Source of the DNA: Bacteroidales bacterium
GTDB taxonomy: Bacteria; Bacteroidota; Bacteroidia; Bacteroidales; VadinHA17
Length of the DNA: 64,000 nt
Direction: 5' to 3'
Assembly (NCBI GenBank): GCA_036743455.1
Contig: DAINPM010000007.1
Location: 3,400-67,399, forward strand
In this document: one piece after another, positions 1 to 8,200 of the stretch
Position numbering within the stretch: the stretch's first letter is position 1
How the letters are laid out: each line of letters opens with the position of its first letter
Position numbers and translations under genes: made by a program
The notes under the pieces: model-generated
What the model was told of the DNA's origin: nothing
The model's input: the letters and a program-made list of their open reading frames with translations, nothing else
Database searches by the model: none

Positions 1-390
1 CACATGGTAGGTTTGCAAATGAACATTCCGGTATTTTCCAGCGGAGAACGTCGGGCAAAAGTAAGACAGGCCAAAATTGACCTGGAAACCATGAAGAATA
101 ATAAAGCCCTGATGGAAGAACAACTGGACATTCAGTATAAACAACTGCAGTTTAATTTGAGAAGTGCCATTGAAAGTTACGAGGTTCAAAAGAAGAATGT
201 TGAAGTTTCGCGCGAGGTGTATCAAAACCTGCGGCGGAAATATGAACAGGGAATGATTTCGAGCCTGGAACTGACTATGGCCGACAACAATTACCTGCAG
301 GCTGAATCGGAACACCTTACTTCAATGCTTGAAGTGCTTCAGGCTCAAAATGCATTAAATACTTTAACCGGGAAAATAGTAAACAATTAA
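1..390 (+). CDS. Outer-membrane efflux protein (TolC/OprM family), C-terminal part; the 5' end lies outside the window
   Basis: Frame-1 ORF is open from base 1. It has long helical, heptad-like text (LQFNLRSAIESYEVQKKNVEVSREVYQNLRRKYEQG...LQAQNALNTL) typical of the second TolC repeat. A 7-nt gap separates it from the adaptor and RND permease genes. Confidence 0.75.
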   Translation, partial: HMVGLQMNIPVFSSGERRAKVRQAKIDLETMKNNKALMEEQLDIQYKQLQFNLRSAIESYEVQKKNVEVSREVYQNLRRKYEQGMISSLELTMADNNYLQAESEHLTSMLEVLQAQNALNTLTGKIVNN

Positions 391-397
391 GACAATA

Positions 398-1462
398 ATG
401 ATGAAACAGATGAAAAGAATTATGTTCGCATTTGCATTGGCAGCATTTATTTTAAATGCCTGTGCTCCACAACAAGACGAATCGGCCGTAAACGGGACCG
501 ATAATGCCGATGCTAAAAAAGAAGTGGTAAGGGTTATGGAACTTCAAAGGCAAACGGTGGCCCGTTCGGTGGAATACCCGGCTACCCTCGAAGCTTATGA
601 AGAAGTTCACCTGGCGCCGGCGCAACCCGGCCGCATTGAAGGTATTTTTGTCGAAGTGGGCGATCGCGTTGCAAAAGGCGATCTGCTGGTTCAAATGGAT
701 CGCACCCAGTTGCACCAGGCAGAGGTGCAGCTGAAAAACCTGGAAGTCGATTTCAGGCGGCTCGATACCCTGGCAAAATATGGCAGTGTGGCCGAGCAGC
801 AGTACGACCAGCTGAAAACACAGCTTGAAGTGGCCAAATCAAATGTGGAATTTTTAAAGGAGAACACCCAGTTGCCGGCACCATTCAATGCCGTGGTATC
901 AGGCAGGTATTACGAACCGGGTGAGATGTTCTCCGGTGCACCCAACACCCAGGCCGGAAAAGCCGCTGTGCTTTCGTTGGTGCAAATCGATCGGTTGAAA
1001 GCCATTGTCCCGGTTTCAGAAAAACACTTTCCAAAAATAGAAAAAGGGATGGAGACTAAAATAAAGGCTGACATTTATCCGGATAAAGATTTTACAGGTC
1101 GTATCGAACGTGTCCATCCAACCATCAACCCTGTTAACCGGACCTTTAATGTAGAAATGGCTATAAATAACAGCGAAGGGTTGCTTCGTCCGGGTATGTT
1201 TGCAAGGGCTGCTTTTAATCTCGATGAAGAGGAGGCTATCCTTTTGCCCACTATGGCCGTGCTTAAGCTGCAGGGCTCAAACGAACGCTATCTGTTTAAA
1301 GAAGAAAATGGAGTTGCCCGTCGTGTGTCTGTCACTATTGGAAATCGGTACGATGGCAATATCGAAGTTTTCTCGGATGACCTGAAACCAGGCGATAAAA
1401 TAATTGTAAGCGGCCAGGGCCGCCTGGTTGACGGAGTACCCGTTGAGGTGGTCGAAGATTAA
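398..1462 (+). CDS. Efflux RND transporter periplasmic adaptor subunit (membrane-fusion protein, HlyD/AcrA family), probable lipoprotein
   Basis: 354 aa with a lipobox-like signal (MKRIMFAFALAAFILNAC). A coiled-coil hairpin segment (QAEVQLKNLEVDFRRLDTL...YDQLKTQLEVAKSNVEFLK) lies between beta-rich segments. Operon position is between the TolC-like gene and the RND permease. Confidence 0.9.
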   Translation: MMKQMKRIMFAFALAAFILNACAPQQDESAVNGTDNADAKKEVVRVMELQRQTVARSVEYPATLEAYEEVHLAPAQPGRIEGIFVEVGDRVAKGDLLVQMDRTQLHQAEVQLKNLEVDFRRLDTLAKYGSVAEQQYDQLKTQLEVAKSNVEFLKENTQLPAPFNAVVSGRYYEPGEMFSGAPNTQAGKAAVLSLVQIDRLKAIVPVSEKHFPKIEKGMETKIKADIYPDKDFTGRIERVHPTINPVNRTFNVEMAINNSEGLLRPGMFARAAFNLDEEEAILLPTMAVLKLQGSNERYLFKEENGVARRVSVTIGNRYDGNIEVFSDDLKPGDKIIVSGQGRLVDGVPVEVVED

Positions 1463-1499
1463 TTTTATTACAGTTTTAGAACACTGAAAGGAAAACATT

Positions 1500-4400
1500 A
1501 TGAGTATATACAAAAATGCTGTAAACAAGCCAATTACTACCATTCTTATTTTTGTGGCAGTAGTTGTGATGGGTATTTTTTCACTGATGCAGGTCCCCAT
1601 TGATTTGTTTCCGGAGATGGACCCCCCATATATTTCGGTAATTACTACTTACGTGGGAGCTAATGCTACAGAAATAGAAACCAATATTACAGACCCCCTT
1701 GAGAATGCCCTTAACACGGTGGACAACCTGAAAGAGATAACCTCAACTTCTGAGGATAATATGTCGGTGGTAAACCTTGAATTTGAATGGGGCTCCAATT
1801 TGGACGAGGCAGCCAATGACATACGCGATGCGGTAGACCGGATTATGTCTGTTCTGCCGGAGGAAGTGGACAGACCTACGATATTCAAATTTAACACCAG
1901 TATGTTTCCTGTTATTTTTTATGCGGTAACGGCTGATGAAAGTTACCCGGGTCTGGAAAAAATACTGGATGAGAAAATTGTTAATCCATTGAACAGGATT
2001 GAGGGAGTGGGCACAATTGGCCTTGCCGGTAGTCCACAGAGGATTGTCTATGTAGAGGCCGATCCTAAATTGCTCGATGCACACAATCTGACTATAGAGC
2101 AGTTAGGAAATGTTATTGCCGCCGAAAACAGTAATCTTCCTTCGGGGAGTGTAAAAATGGGAAATATTGACTACCAGATGCAGGTAAGGGGTGAATTTGC
2201 AACAAGTGAAATGATAGAAAACCTGGTTGTCGGCAACATGGCGGGCAAACCTGTATATATAAGGGATGTTGCCACGGTCAGGGATTCGCTTCGTGACATT
2301 TCCCTCGACCAACGAATAAATGGGCAGCAAGGTGTAAGAATGTTCGTTATGAAGCAGTCGGGAGCCAATACTGTCAAAGTGGCCAGCGAAGTGAAAGAAA
2401 TGGTTGAAACTCTTCAAAACGACCTTCCTCCGGATATTAAAATGGAAGTAATTGTTGACTCATCAGATTTCATTCAAAGGTCAATTTCCAACCTTGCTGA
2501 AACATTATTGTGGGCATTACTGGCTATTGTGCTGGTTATCCTGTTTTTTCTCGGAAGGTGGAGAGCTACCTTCATCGTTGCAATTATAATACCTGTTTCA
2601 CTCATCGTTGCATTTATTTACCTGTACATTACTGGTAATTCCATTAACATCATTGCGCTTTCTTCGCTTGCAATAGCGATTGGAATGGTAGTAGATGATG
2701 CCATTGTGGTTTTGGAAAATATTACACGCCATATTGAAAGGGGAACTACCCCCCGTGAGGCAGCTATTTATGCTACGAATGAAGTTTGGCTGGCTATTAT
2801 TGCCACTACGCTGGTTATTGTAGCGGTGTTTTTCCCGCTTACCCTGGTTTCGGGACTTACAGGCATTTTCTTTAACCAGTTGGGCTGGATAGTTACGATT
2901 ACGGTTGTTACTTCAACAATTGCCGCAATAACGTTAACCCCCCTGCTTTCTTCCTTGATGCTCCGTTTAAGGCCTTCAGGTAATTCAAACCGCCGGTTCA
3001 CTTTAAGCAATATCAGTGAAAAGATTTTGAATAAAATTGATGATTTTTATTCCAAAACGCTGCGATGGATTTTAAGGCATAAAGCCTTTACAATTATAAC
3101 CTCGCTGGCAGTGTTTGTTTTATCATTATTGTTGTTAAATTTTATCGATACCGATTTTATGCCCGAAAGCGACCAGGATCAGCTCACTGCATCTATAGAA
3201 CTGCAAACCGGCTTACGGGTAGAAGAAACTATGAAAGTGGCCAGACACCTGGAGGAAATGATTGCCGAAAAGATACCGGAAGCAATTCTGGTCTCTACTT
3301 CTTCAGGGGCAGATGAAGAAGGGGGGTTAACCTCTTTGTTTTCGGAGGCCGGCAGCAATATCATAGATATTACTATGCGGTTGAAACCCAAAACTGAACG
3401 AGAACGGGATGTGTGGGAACTTGCAGGCGTTTTGCGTGAAGAACTTGCCTTGACACCGGAAGTGATCACAGCTACGGTTGGTACTTCAGGTGGAATTGGG
3501 GGAGGACTTACCGAAAATACGATAGATATTGAAATTTATGGATACGATTTCGATGTTACCAATACTTTGGCAGAAGATATCAGGCAAAAAGTCTCGGCCA
3601 TACCGGGAGCCGCCAACGTTCAAATCAGCCGAAACCCGGAAAAACCTGAGTTGCAGTTTGTTATGGACAGGGAAAAACTGGCGTTACACGGGCTGACTTC
3701 CGCCCAGGTAGCTATGTTCCTTCGTAATCGTATCAGTGGGTTGATAGCTTCACAATTTAAAGAAGAAGGGGAAGAATATGATATTCGTATCCGCTTAAAA
3801 GAAGAGTTTCGCAGTTCCGTTTCAAGCCTCGAAGAACTCACCATTGTTTCGCCTGCCGGCAATAAAATCATGCTTGCAGAATTGGGAGAGATTAAGGAAT
3901 ACTGGTCGCCGCCAAATATTGAACACAAACGCAGGCAACGTATGGTAACTGTTTCATTAACACCTGACAGGGTTCCGCTGGGGCGCCTGGCCGAGAGTGT
4001 ACAAAACGAAATGAACGACATTTCAATCCCTCCGGGTGTTATGACGTACGTTGGAGGTTCGTATGAAGACCAACAGGAATCTTTCAGTGATCTCGGCCTT
4101 CTTTTACTTCTGAGTATTGTCCTGGTTTTTATTGCCATGGCCTCCCAGTTTGAATCGTTCTTAGAGCCATTCATTATCATGTTTGCTATTCCATTTTCTT
4201 TTACAGGGGTATTCCTGGCTTTGTTTTTGACTGGAACTACCTTGAGCATTATCGCAGGTATGGGGGCCGTTTTACTCATCGGGATTGTGGTTAAAAACGG
4301 GATTGTAATGGTAGATTTTATTAATCTAATGCGCGACAGGGGCCTTGAGCTTAATGAAGCTATTGTGGTTTCAGGGAAATCGCGTTTGCGCCCCGTACTG

Positions 4401-4622
4401 ATGACGGCTATGACTACCATGCTGGGGATGTTACCTATGGCGTTAAGCAGAGGCGAAGGTTCCGAAATATGGAGCCCTCTTGGTATAAGCGTAGTAGGCG
4501 GTTTATTTTTCTCTACGCTGGTAACCCTTGTGCTTATCCCTGCTATTTACGCCGTTTTGTCGCGTCACGGGGAAAGGAATAAAAAAAAGAAAGTATTCAA
4601 ACACATCAAATTTTTGGAATAG
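1500..4622 (+). CDS. Efflux RND transporter permease subunit (AcrB/CzcA superfamily)
   Basis: 1040 aa. It begins with an N-terminal TM helix followed by a large periplasmic loop. A TM cluster follows, with GMVVDDAIVVLENI-type text, and the pattern then repeats in the second half (…VKNGIVMVDFINLMR…). This is the canonical 12-TM RND layout. Confidence 0.95.
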   Translation: MSIYKNAVNKPITTILIFVAVVVMGIFSLMQVPIDLFPEMDPPYISVITTYVGANATEIETNITDPLENALNTVDNLKEITSTSEDNMSVVNLEFEWGSNLDEAANDIRDAVDRIMSVLPEEVDRPTIFKFNTSMFPVIFYAVTADESYPGLEKILDEKIVNPLNRIEGVGTIGLAGSPQRIVYVEADPKLLDAHNLTIEQLGNVIAAENSNLPSGSVKMGNIDYQMQVRGEFATSEMIENLVVGNMAGKPVYIRDVATVRDSLRDISLDQRINGQQGVRMFVMKQSGANTVKVASEVKEMVETLQNDLPPDIKMEVIVDSSDFIQRSISNLAETLLWALLAIVLVILFFLGRWRATFIVAIIIPVSLIVAFIYLYITGNSINIIALSSLAIAIGMVVDDAIVVLENITRHIERGTTPREAAIYATNEVWLAIIATTLVIVAVFFPLTLVSGLTGIFFNQLGWIVTITVVTSTIAAITLTPLLSSLMLRLRPSGNSNRRFTLSNISEKILNKIDDFYSKTLRWILRHKAFTIITSLAVFVLSLLLLNFIDTDFMPESDQDQLTASIELQTGLRVEETMKVARHLEEMIAEKIPEAILVSTSSGADEEGGLTSLFSEAGSNIIDITMRLKPKTERERDVWELAGVLREELALTPEVITATVGTSGGIGGGLTENTIDIEIYGYDFDVTNTLAEDIRQKVSAIPGAANVQISRNPEKPELQFVMDREKLALHGLTSAQVAMFLRNRISGLIASQFKEEGEEYDIRIRLKEEFRSSVSSLEELTIVSPAGNKIMLAELGEIKEYWSPPNIEHKRRQRMVTVSLTPDRVPLGRLAESVQNEMNDISIPPGVMTYVGGSYEDQQESFSDLGLLLLLSIVLVFIAMASQFESFLEPFIIMFAIPFSFTGVFLALFLTGTTLSIIAGMGAVLLIGIVVKNGIVMVDFINLMRDRGLELNEAIVVSGKSRLRPVLMTAMTTMLGMLPMALSRGEGSEIWSPLGISVVGGLFFSTLVTLVLIPAIYAVLSRHGERNKKKKVFKHIKFLE

Positions 4623-4665
4623 TTTTTCCTGTTATTGAACTGTTAAATTAAAAATAAATAAATAA

Positions 4666-4959
4666 ATGAAAGCAGTAATGATAGTATTCAATCAGACCAA
4701 CACCGAACGCGTGGAATACATGTTCGATGTTTTGGGAATCAGAGGATATACCTGGTGGCAAGACGTAATGGGACGGGGAACCGAAACCGGTGAGCCGCAC
4801 ATGGGAACGCACACCTGGCCTGAGATGAACTCGGCGGCGCTTACCATTATTCCCGATGAAAAGGTGGATACTTTACTCGACGCTGTGAAAAAACTCGACG
4901 ATATTAATAAGGAAGTCGGGGTGAGGGCGTTTGTGTGGAATATAGAAAAAACGGTTTAA
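4666..4959 (+). CDS. Small P-II-fold-like transporter-associated protein (resembles the 'PG0541 family' found behind Bacteroidota RND pumps)
   Basis: 97 aa with no signal peptide. The text has a beta-alpha-beta x2 pattern. The stretch GIRGYTWWQDVMGRGTETGEPHMG parallels the GlnB/P-II segment GITGMTVTEVKGFGRQKGH. It starts 43 nt after the RND permease stop on the same strand. Confidence 0.6.
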   Translation: MKAVMIVFNQTNTERVEYMFDVLGIRGYTWWQDVMGRGTETGEPHMGTHTWPEMNSAALTIIPDEKVDTLLDAVKKLDDINKEVGVRAFVWNIEKTV

Positions 4960-5141
4960 CCCGGATTATTATACTGAAGTTGTAAATTGGAATTGGATAT
5001 TCAATAAGTGGTTTAAAAGGAACCTATTATCTGGGAGCATTAATGGCATTACTTGGTTTGGTTGTTTCATTTACATTGATAAATGAAGATAAAATTCTCT
5101 CAAAAGGAGTTTGATATAAGAATTAAATCGAATAATAAAGA

Positions 5142-5279
5142 ATGATGGCAATGATGAATATTAAGCTCCACAAAATTATTGTCAGTGTAATGAGTAAAAG
5201 TGGACTATTAATAGTCAAGGCAATATTGGATGGCGTACCTAATCCTGAAAAATTATGGGAACTTTGCAGAGATTATTGA
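5142..5279 (+). pseudogene. IS110-family transposase fragment (about 45 codons, internal piece only)
   Basis: The translation NIKLHKIIVSVMSKSGLLIVKAILDGVPNPEKLWELC matches the central conserved stretch of IS110-family transposases as I remember it (…IKLxSVxSDxxGxSGRAILxAxxxGExDPxxL…). It is bounded by stop codons and no catalytic domains are present. Confidence 0.45.
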
Positions 5280-5368
5280 TAATTCAGGCGATTATCGACA
5301 AGAATGGTTTGATTTCAAGAAAATGCGATATTTCAAGTATGTAAAACGACAAATAAAATTGATTAAAA

Positions 5369-5896
5369 ATGAATAAACCAATAGGCATAGTATATTCGAC
5401 AACGGACGGGCAGACACTTAAAATTTGTCAGCGAATTGCAGAATATTTAGAGAATTCAGGATTTAAGACAGAGGTGATTGAAATTTCGTCATTTAACAAT
5501 ACAATCTCTGATTATTCTAAATTGATTATTGGAGCAAGCATCAGATACGGAAAACATAATAAAAAAGTAACGGAATTTATCCAAAAACATAAGAACGAGC
5601 TAGAACAAATTGATACAGCATTCTTTTCTGTGAATTTAGTCGCAAGAAAAAGTGACAAGAATACGTTTGATAGCAATCCTTATGTTAGAAAGTTCTTTAA
5701 CAGCCTGGATTGGAGACCTAAAATAATAGATGTTTTTGCTGGGCGGTTGGATTACGGATCGTATTCTTTTGTTGATAGGTTAATGATTAAGTTGATAATG
5801 AAAATGACAAAAGGTCCGACAAAATCTGACAAACCGATAGAATTTACAGATTGGGATAGAGTTAAGGACTTTGCGATAAAAATAAGTCAGAACTGA
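5369..5896 (+). CDS. hemG: Menaquinone-dependent protoporphyrinogen IX dehydrogenase (HemG-type long-chain flavodoxin)
   Basis: 175 aa. It has a flavodoxin N-terminus (IVYSTTDGQT). It also shows blocks collinear with E. coli HemG as I recall it: IGASIRYGKH, FFSVNLVARK, DRLMIKLIMKMTKG, EFTDWDRV. Confidence 0.8.
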   Translation: MNKPIGIVYSTTDGQTLKICQRIAEYLENSGFKTEVIEISSFNNTISDYSKLIIGASIRYGKHNKKVTEFIQKHKNELEQIDTAFFSVNLVARKSDKNTFDSNPYVRKFFNSLDWRPKIIDVFAGRLDYGSYSFVDRLMIKLIMKMTKGPTKSDKPIEFTDWDRVKDFAIKISQN

Positions 5897-5927
5897 AAGT
5901 ACTAAACCAGAACGAGGTTATAAGTTC

Positions 5928-6182
5928 TCAGACAATTAAATCAATAACTTTTCTGTTTGCTTCATCAACTGGCTTTAGGTCAAAATCAGTATACAGGTCG
6001 GTTACCGTCCTCGAGCCATGTCCTAAAGCCAGTTTTACTACATCTTTGAAATTGTGATTTCTAAAATTGGCGCCGATGTGCGGTGTGATTGGCGCTACAG
6101 CTTTAACACTCGAATAAACCATGCTGAACGAACGACAAAACAACATTCTGAAAATCCCAAAAATCCTTTTTCCGTGCTCCAC
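5928..6182 (-). pseudogene. Tyrosine recombinase/integrase C-terminal fragment
   Basis: 84-codon ORF. APITPHIGANFRNH… followed by LALGHGSRTVTDLYTDF resembles the HxxR…LGHxxxxTTxxYxH C-terminal box carrying the catalytic Tyr. The N-terminal roughly three-quarters of an integrase is missing. Confidence 0.5.
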
Positions 6183-6227
6183 GACTAACTACGTCGATCT
6201 TCATTGCCGTTATCTCGGCGAGAGTTG

Positions 6228-6596
6228 CTAACCTAATATTTCAATCTTTAAAGCAGGTTGTATGAAAGGATCGGTATAAAATAAATCAAGCTTGATACAA
6301 TCTTCAGCAGAATTTCCTACAAAATAGGATTTGCCCATTGCAACCGGCACATCGGGTGAATCAACGTATTCAAAATTATCTTTTTTTAAATGCCTGTCAA
6401 TGGCATCAAAATTTATTTCACAATAAGAAGTCTCGGTAAATAAATCAATATCAATGGATTCGCGATGTCCTAATTGCAAACTTAATGCAGTTCCTCCAAC
6501 CAGCCGGAAAGGATCGAAAATTTCTTCAACCATCACCCAGGATAAGATATTTCGCAGCTGAGGTTTAATAGTGTTGTATTTTAATTGGCTAATCAT
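6228..6596 (-). pseudogene. Nucleotidyltransferase AbiEii/AbiGii-type toxin, N-terminal part only (probably truncated)
   Basis: 122 aa with FRLVGGTALSLQLGHRESIDIDLF, the hallmark N-terminal nucleotidyltransferase motif of AbiEii-like toxins. Family members are usually more than twice this length. The ORF ends 45 nt from the integrase fragment, and its start lies 4 nt from the upstream antitoxin stop. Confidence 0.6.
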
Positions 6597-6600
6597 TTCC

Positions 6601-7116
6601 TCATCGGAGATATTTCTCCATATTGTTTTCTATAACCGCAGAAGGATTTGAGATCTGAGCTAAGATAGTTTGAACTTTCTTTTTACTATAAAAACGAACT
6701 ATTTCCAGAATTTCCTGGTCATTGCCCCGCTCGAATATTCGCCTTATTACACTGGCTTTGCTCTTTTCCCAATTAATCGAATTAATATCTGTATCCCAAA
6801 ATAAAACAGGTCGCAAAAGTTTTAAGTTGGGCCGTTTATTCAGGGCTTGTTTTTTCTTTTGTTGCTCAATATCGTAATAGGCTTGTAACACAGAAAAGAA
6901 ACTTTCGTCAATACCTAAAGCATCGCCAAGTCTTATTGATAGTGAGGGATTTATGCGACGTTTCCCTTTGGTAATATCTCCCAAGAGTTGAGGGTATTCA
7001 CCAATGGTCAATGCAATACGTCTTTTGGGAAGTTTTCGTTTTTTCAATTCCCTTTCAAGAATAATTCCCGGATGTATTCCCTTTAGTAATGTGATATTTT
7101 CTTCTATGCTACTCAT
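6601..7116 (-). CDS. XRE/HigA-type HTH antitoxin-like protein with an extra C-terminal domain
   Basis: IHPGIILERELKKRKLPKRRIALTIGEYPQLLGDITKGKRRINPSLSIRLGDALGIDESFF is a HigA/VapI-type antidote HTH. About 90 further residues follow. I prefer the ATG at 7116 (MSSIEENI…) to the ORF-track start at 7143, because a -7 promoter box lies at 7131-7138. Confidence 0.7.
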   Translation of the reverse strand: MSSIEENITLLKGIHPGIILERELKKRKLPKRRIALTIGEYPQLLGDITKGKRRINPSLSIRLGDALGIDESFFSVLQAYYDIEQQKKKQALNKRPNLKLLRPVLFWDTDINSINWEKSKASVIRRIFERGNDQEILEIVRFYSKKKVQTILAQISNPSAVIENNMEKYLR

Positions 7117-7130
7117 GATAATAATGCTCA

Positions 7131-7157
7131 CAAATATAAACAATTTTGTTTATATTT
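7131..7157 (-). promoter_or_regulatory. Putative promoter -7 box overlapped by a perfect 12-bp inverted repeat (candidate antitoxin operator)
   Basis: On the minus strand, 7138-7131 reads TATATTTG (TAnnTTTG). The arms aaatataaacaa (7132-7143) and ttgtttatattt (7146-7157) are exact reverse complements with a 2-nt spacer. The site lies 15 nt upstream of the ATG at 7116. Confidence 0.45.
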
Positions 7158-7394
7158 AAATCAATGTAATTTTGAAAATACCAAACAACCTTACTAAAAT
7201 ACCTTCATCGCTTTATCAACCAGGGAGTTATTCGGAGTATATATTTACTTTGATGAACCTCTATCTTGTATCCAATGCCACCCCGTTGAAAGTTAAAAAA
7301 TCTTGGGTAAAATATTTATTCCGGGGGAGATAATATTATGATGTAAAAATGTACTGGAAGTACATTTTCGCTCCAATTTTTAAACCGTACAAAT

Positions 7395-7442
7395 ACACTT
7401 TTATCCAGATTAAATCATATCTCAACAACACTTTTATCCAGA
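7395..7442. repeat. Two exact 15-nt direct repeats (acacttttatccaga), starts 33 nt apart
   Basis: The copies lie at 7395-7409 and 7428-7442. The flanks extend to 19 of 21 matches (caaATacactttt… vs caaCAacactttt…). A degenerate third copy (tacattttcgctcca) sits about 34 nt upstream, at 7361-7375. Confidence 0.7.
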
Positions 7443-7542
7443 AAAGACTATTCACCAAGAACTAAATCAAGAGTAATAAGCTCTCCCAAAAGCTTTAACT
7501 CAGCAATCAAATGGTTCGAATTTTGTATCGTCGGGTTCACAA

Positions 7543-7600
7543 ATCAAAAACGCTATTGTTACCTTTACTGTACTTTAGCGTTTTTGATGTTTTATTTTAT
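7543..7600 (+). terminator. Terminator-like hairpin (12-bp perfect stem, 22-nt loop) followed by a T-rich tract
   Basis: atcaaaaacgct (7543-7554) pairs with agcgtttttgat (7577-7588), followed by gttttattttat. No annotated plus-strand gene lies upstream, so the role is unclear. Confidence 0.3.
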
Positions 7601-7747
7601 TCTTTGTAGTTACTGTCTGATTTTTGAACGGAGCCAAAACTAAGTATTCATAATTAAGCTATAAAACCAACAGATTAATAGAGTAATTCTGCAAAGGAAA
7701 AGAAAGAGCGAAACCCGACTTAATAACATCAATATCTGTTTTCAGAA

Positions 7748-8200
7748 TTAATCCGGTATTCGGTATGGCTTGAAAGTCAATGAATTTACATTCTGATCAA
7801 TTCTTTTTAAAACACCTGCCGCCAGAGTATTATCACCGGGCTGTTCCTCAAGAATCTTCATGAGTTCATCAAGATCACGCCCGATAGCTTCTCTCGACTG
7901 TTTCAAACTGTCAGCCTGATTTGTAATACTGCTCTCTATCTCAGCAACATCATTTTTGGCATCCTGCACCTTTTGCATATTGAAAAATGCATTCAAAGCA
8001 CCTGATAAAGCACAAATAATTGCAATAACAATGCACATGTTTTTATACATCCTCACCGCCGACAATTTAGCTTCTGATACATTATTTGGTAAAGATTTTA
8101 CTATTATGCCGGTATAGAATATTCCAAAAACAGAAATGCCGGCTGTCCCAAGACTTGCAAGTCTGACTATAAGGTCAAGTGTTAGGTTCGGGGTATCCAT
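7748..8200 (-). CDS. Hypothetical membrane protein with a C-terminal coiled-coil
   Basis: 150 aa with two hydrophobic helices (LASLGTAGISVFGIFYTGIIV; MCIVIAIICALSGALNAFF), then a charged helical tail (DAKNDVAEIESSITNQADSLKQSREAIGRDLDELMKILEE). I recognise no family. Confidence 0.4.
   Translation of the reverse strand: MDTPNLTLDLIVRLASLGTAGISVFGIFYTGIIVKSLPNNVSEAKLSAVRMYKNMCIVIAIICALSGALNAFFNMQKVQDAKNDVAEIESSITNQADSLKQSREAIGRDLDELMKILEEQPGDNTLAAGVLKRIDQNVNSLTFKPYRIPD

Noticed and set aside
3620-4420. 266-aa ORF antisense to the RND permease. Similar long antisense or out-of-frame ORFs occur at 44855-45256, 12060-12446, 31060-31515, 32186-32590, 20387-20749 and 41244-41585.
   Set aside because: Each lies entirely inside a gene with strong family-level evidence on the other strand or frame. 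Their translations are low-complexity (Ser/Pro/Ile-rich) with no recognisable motifs. They are typical shadow ORFs.
7513-7545. tRNA T-loop-like strings (ggttcgaat at 7513-7521; gggttcacaaatc at 7533-7545), possibly a tRNA 3' fragment or att site next to the integrase debris.
   Set aside because: I cannot fold an acceptor stem, T-stem or any other cloverleaf element around them. The match is only the short GGTTCGA core. This is too weak to call.
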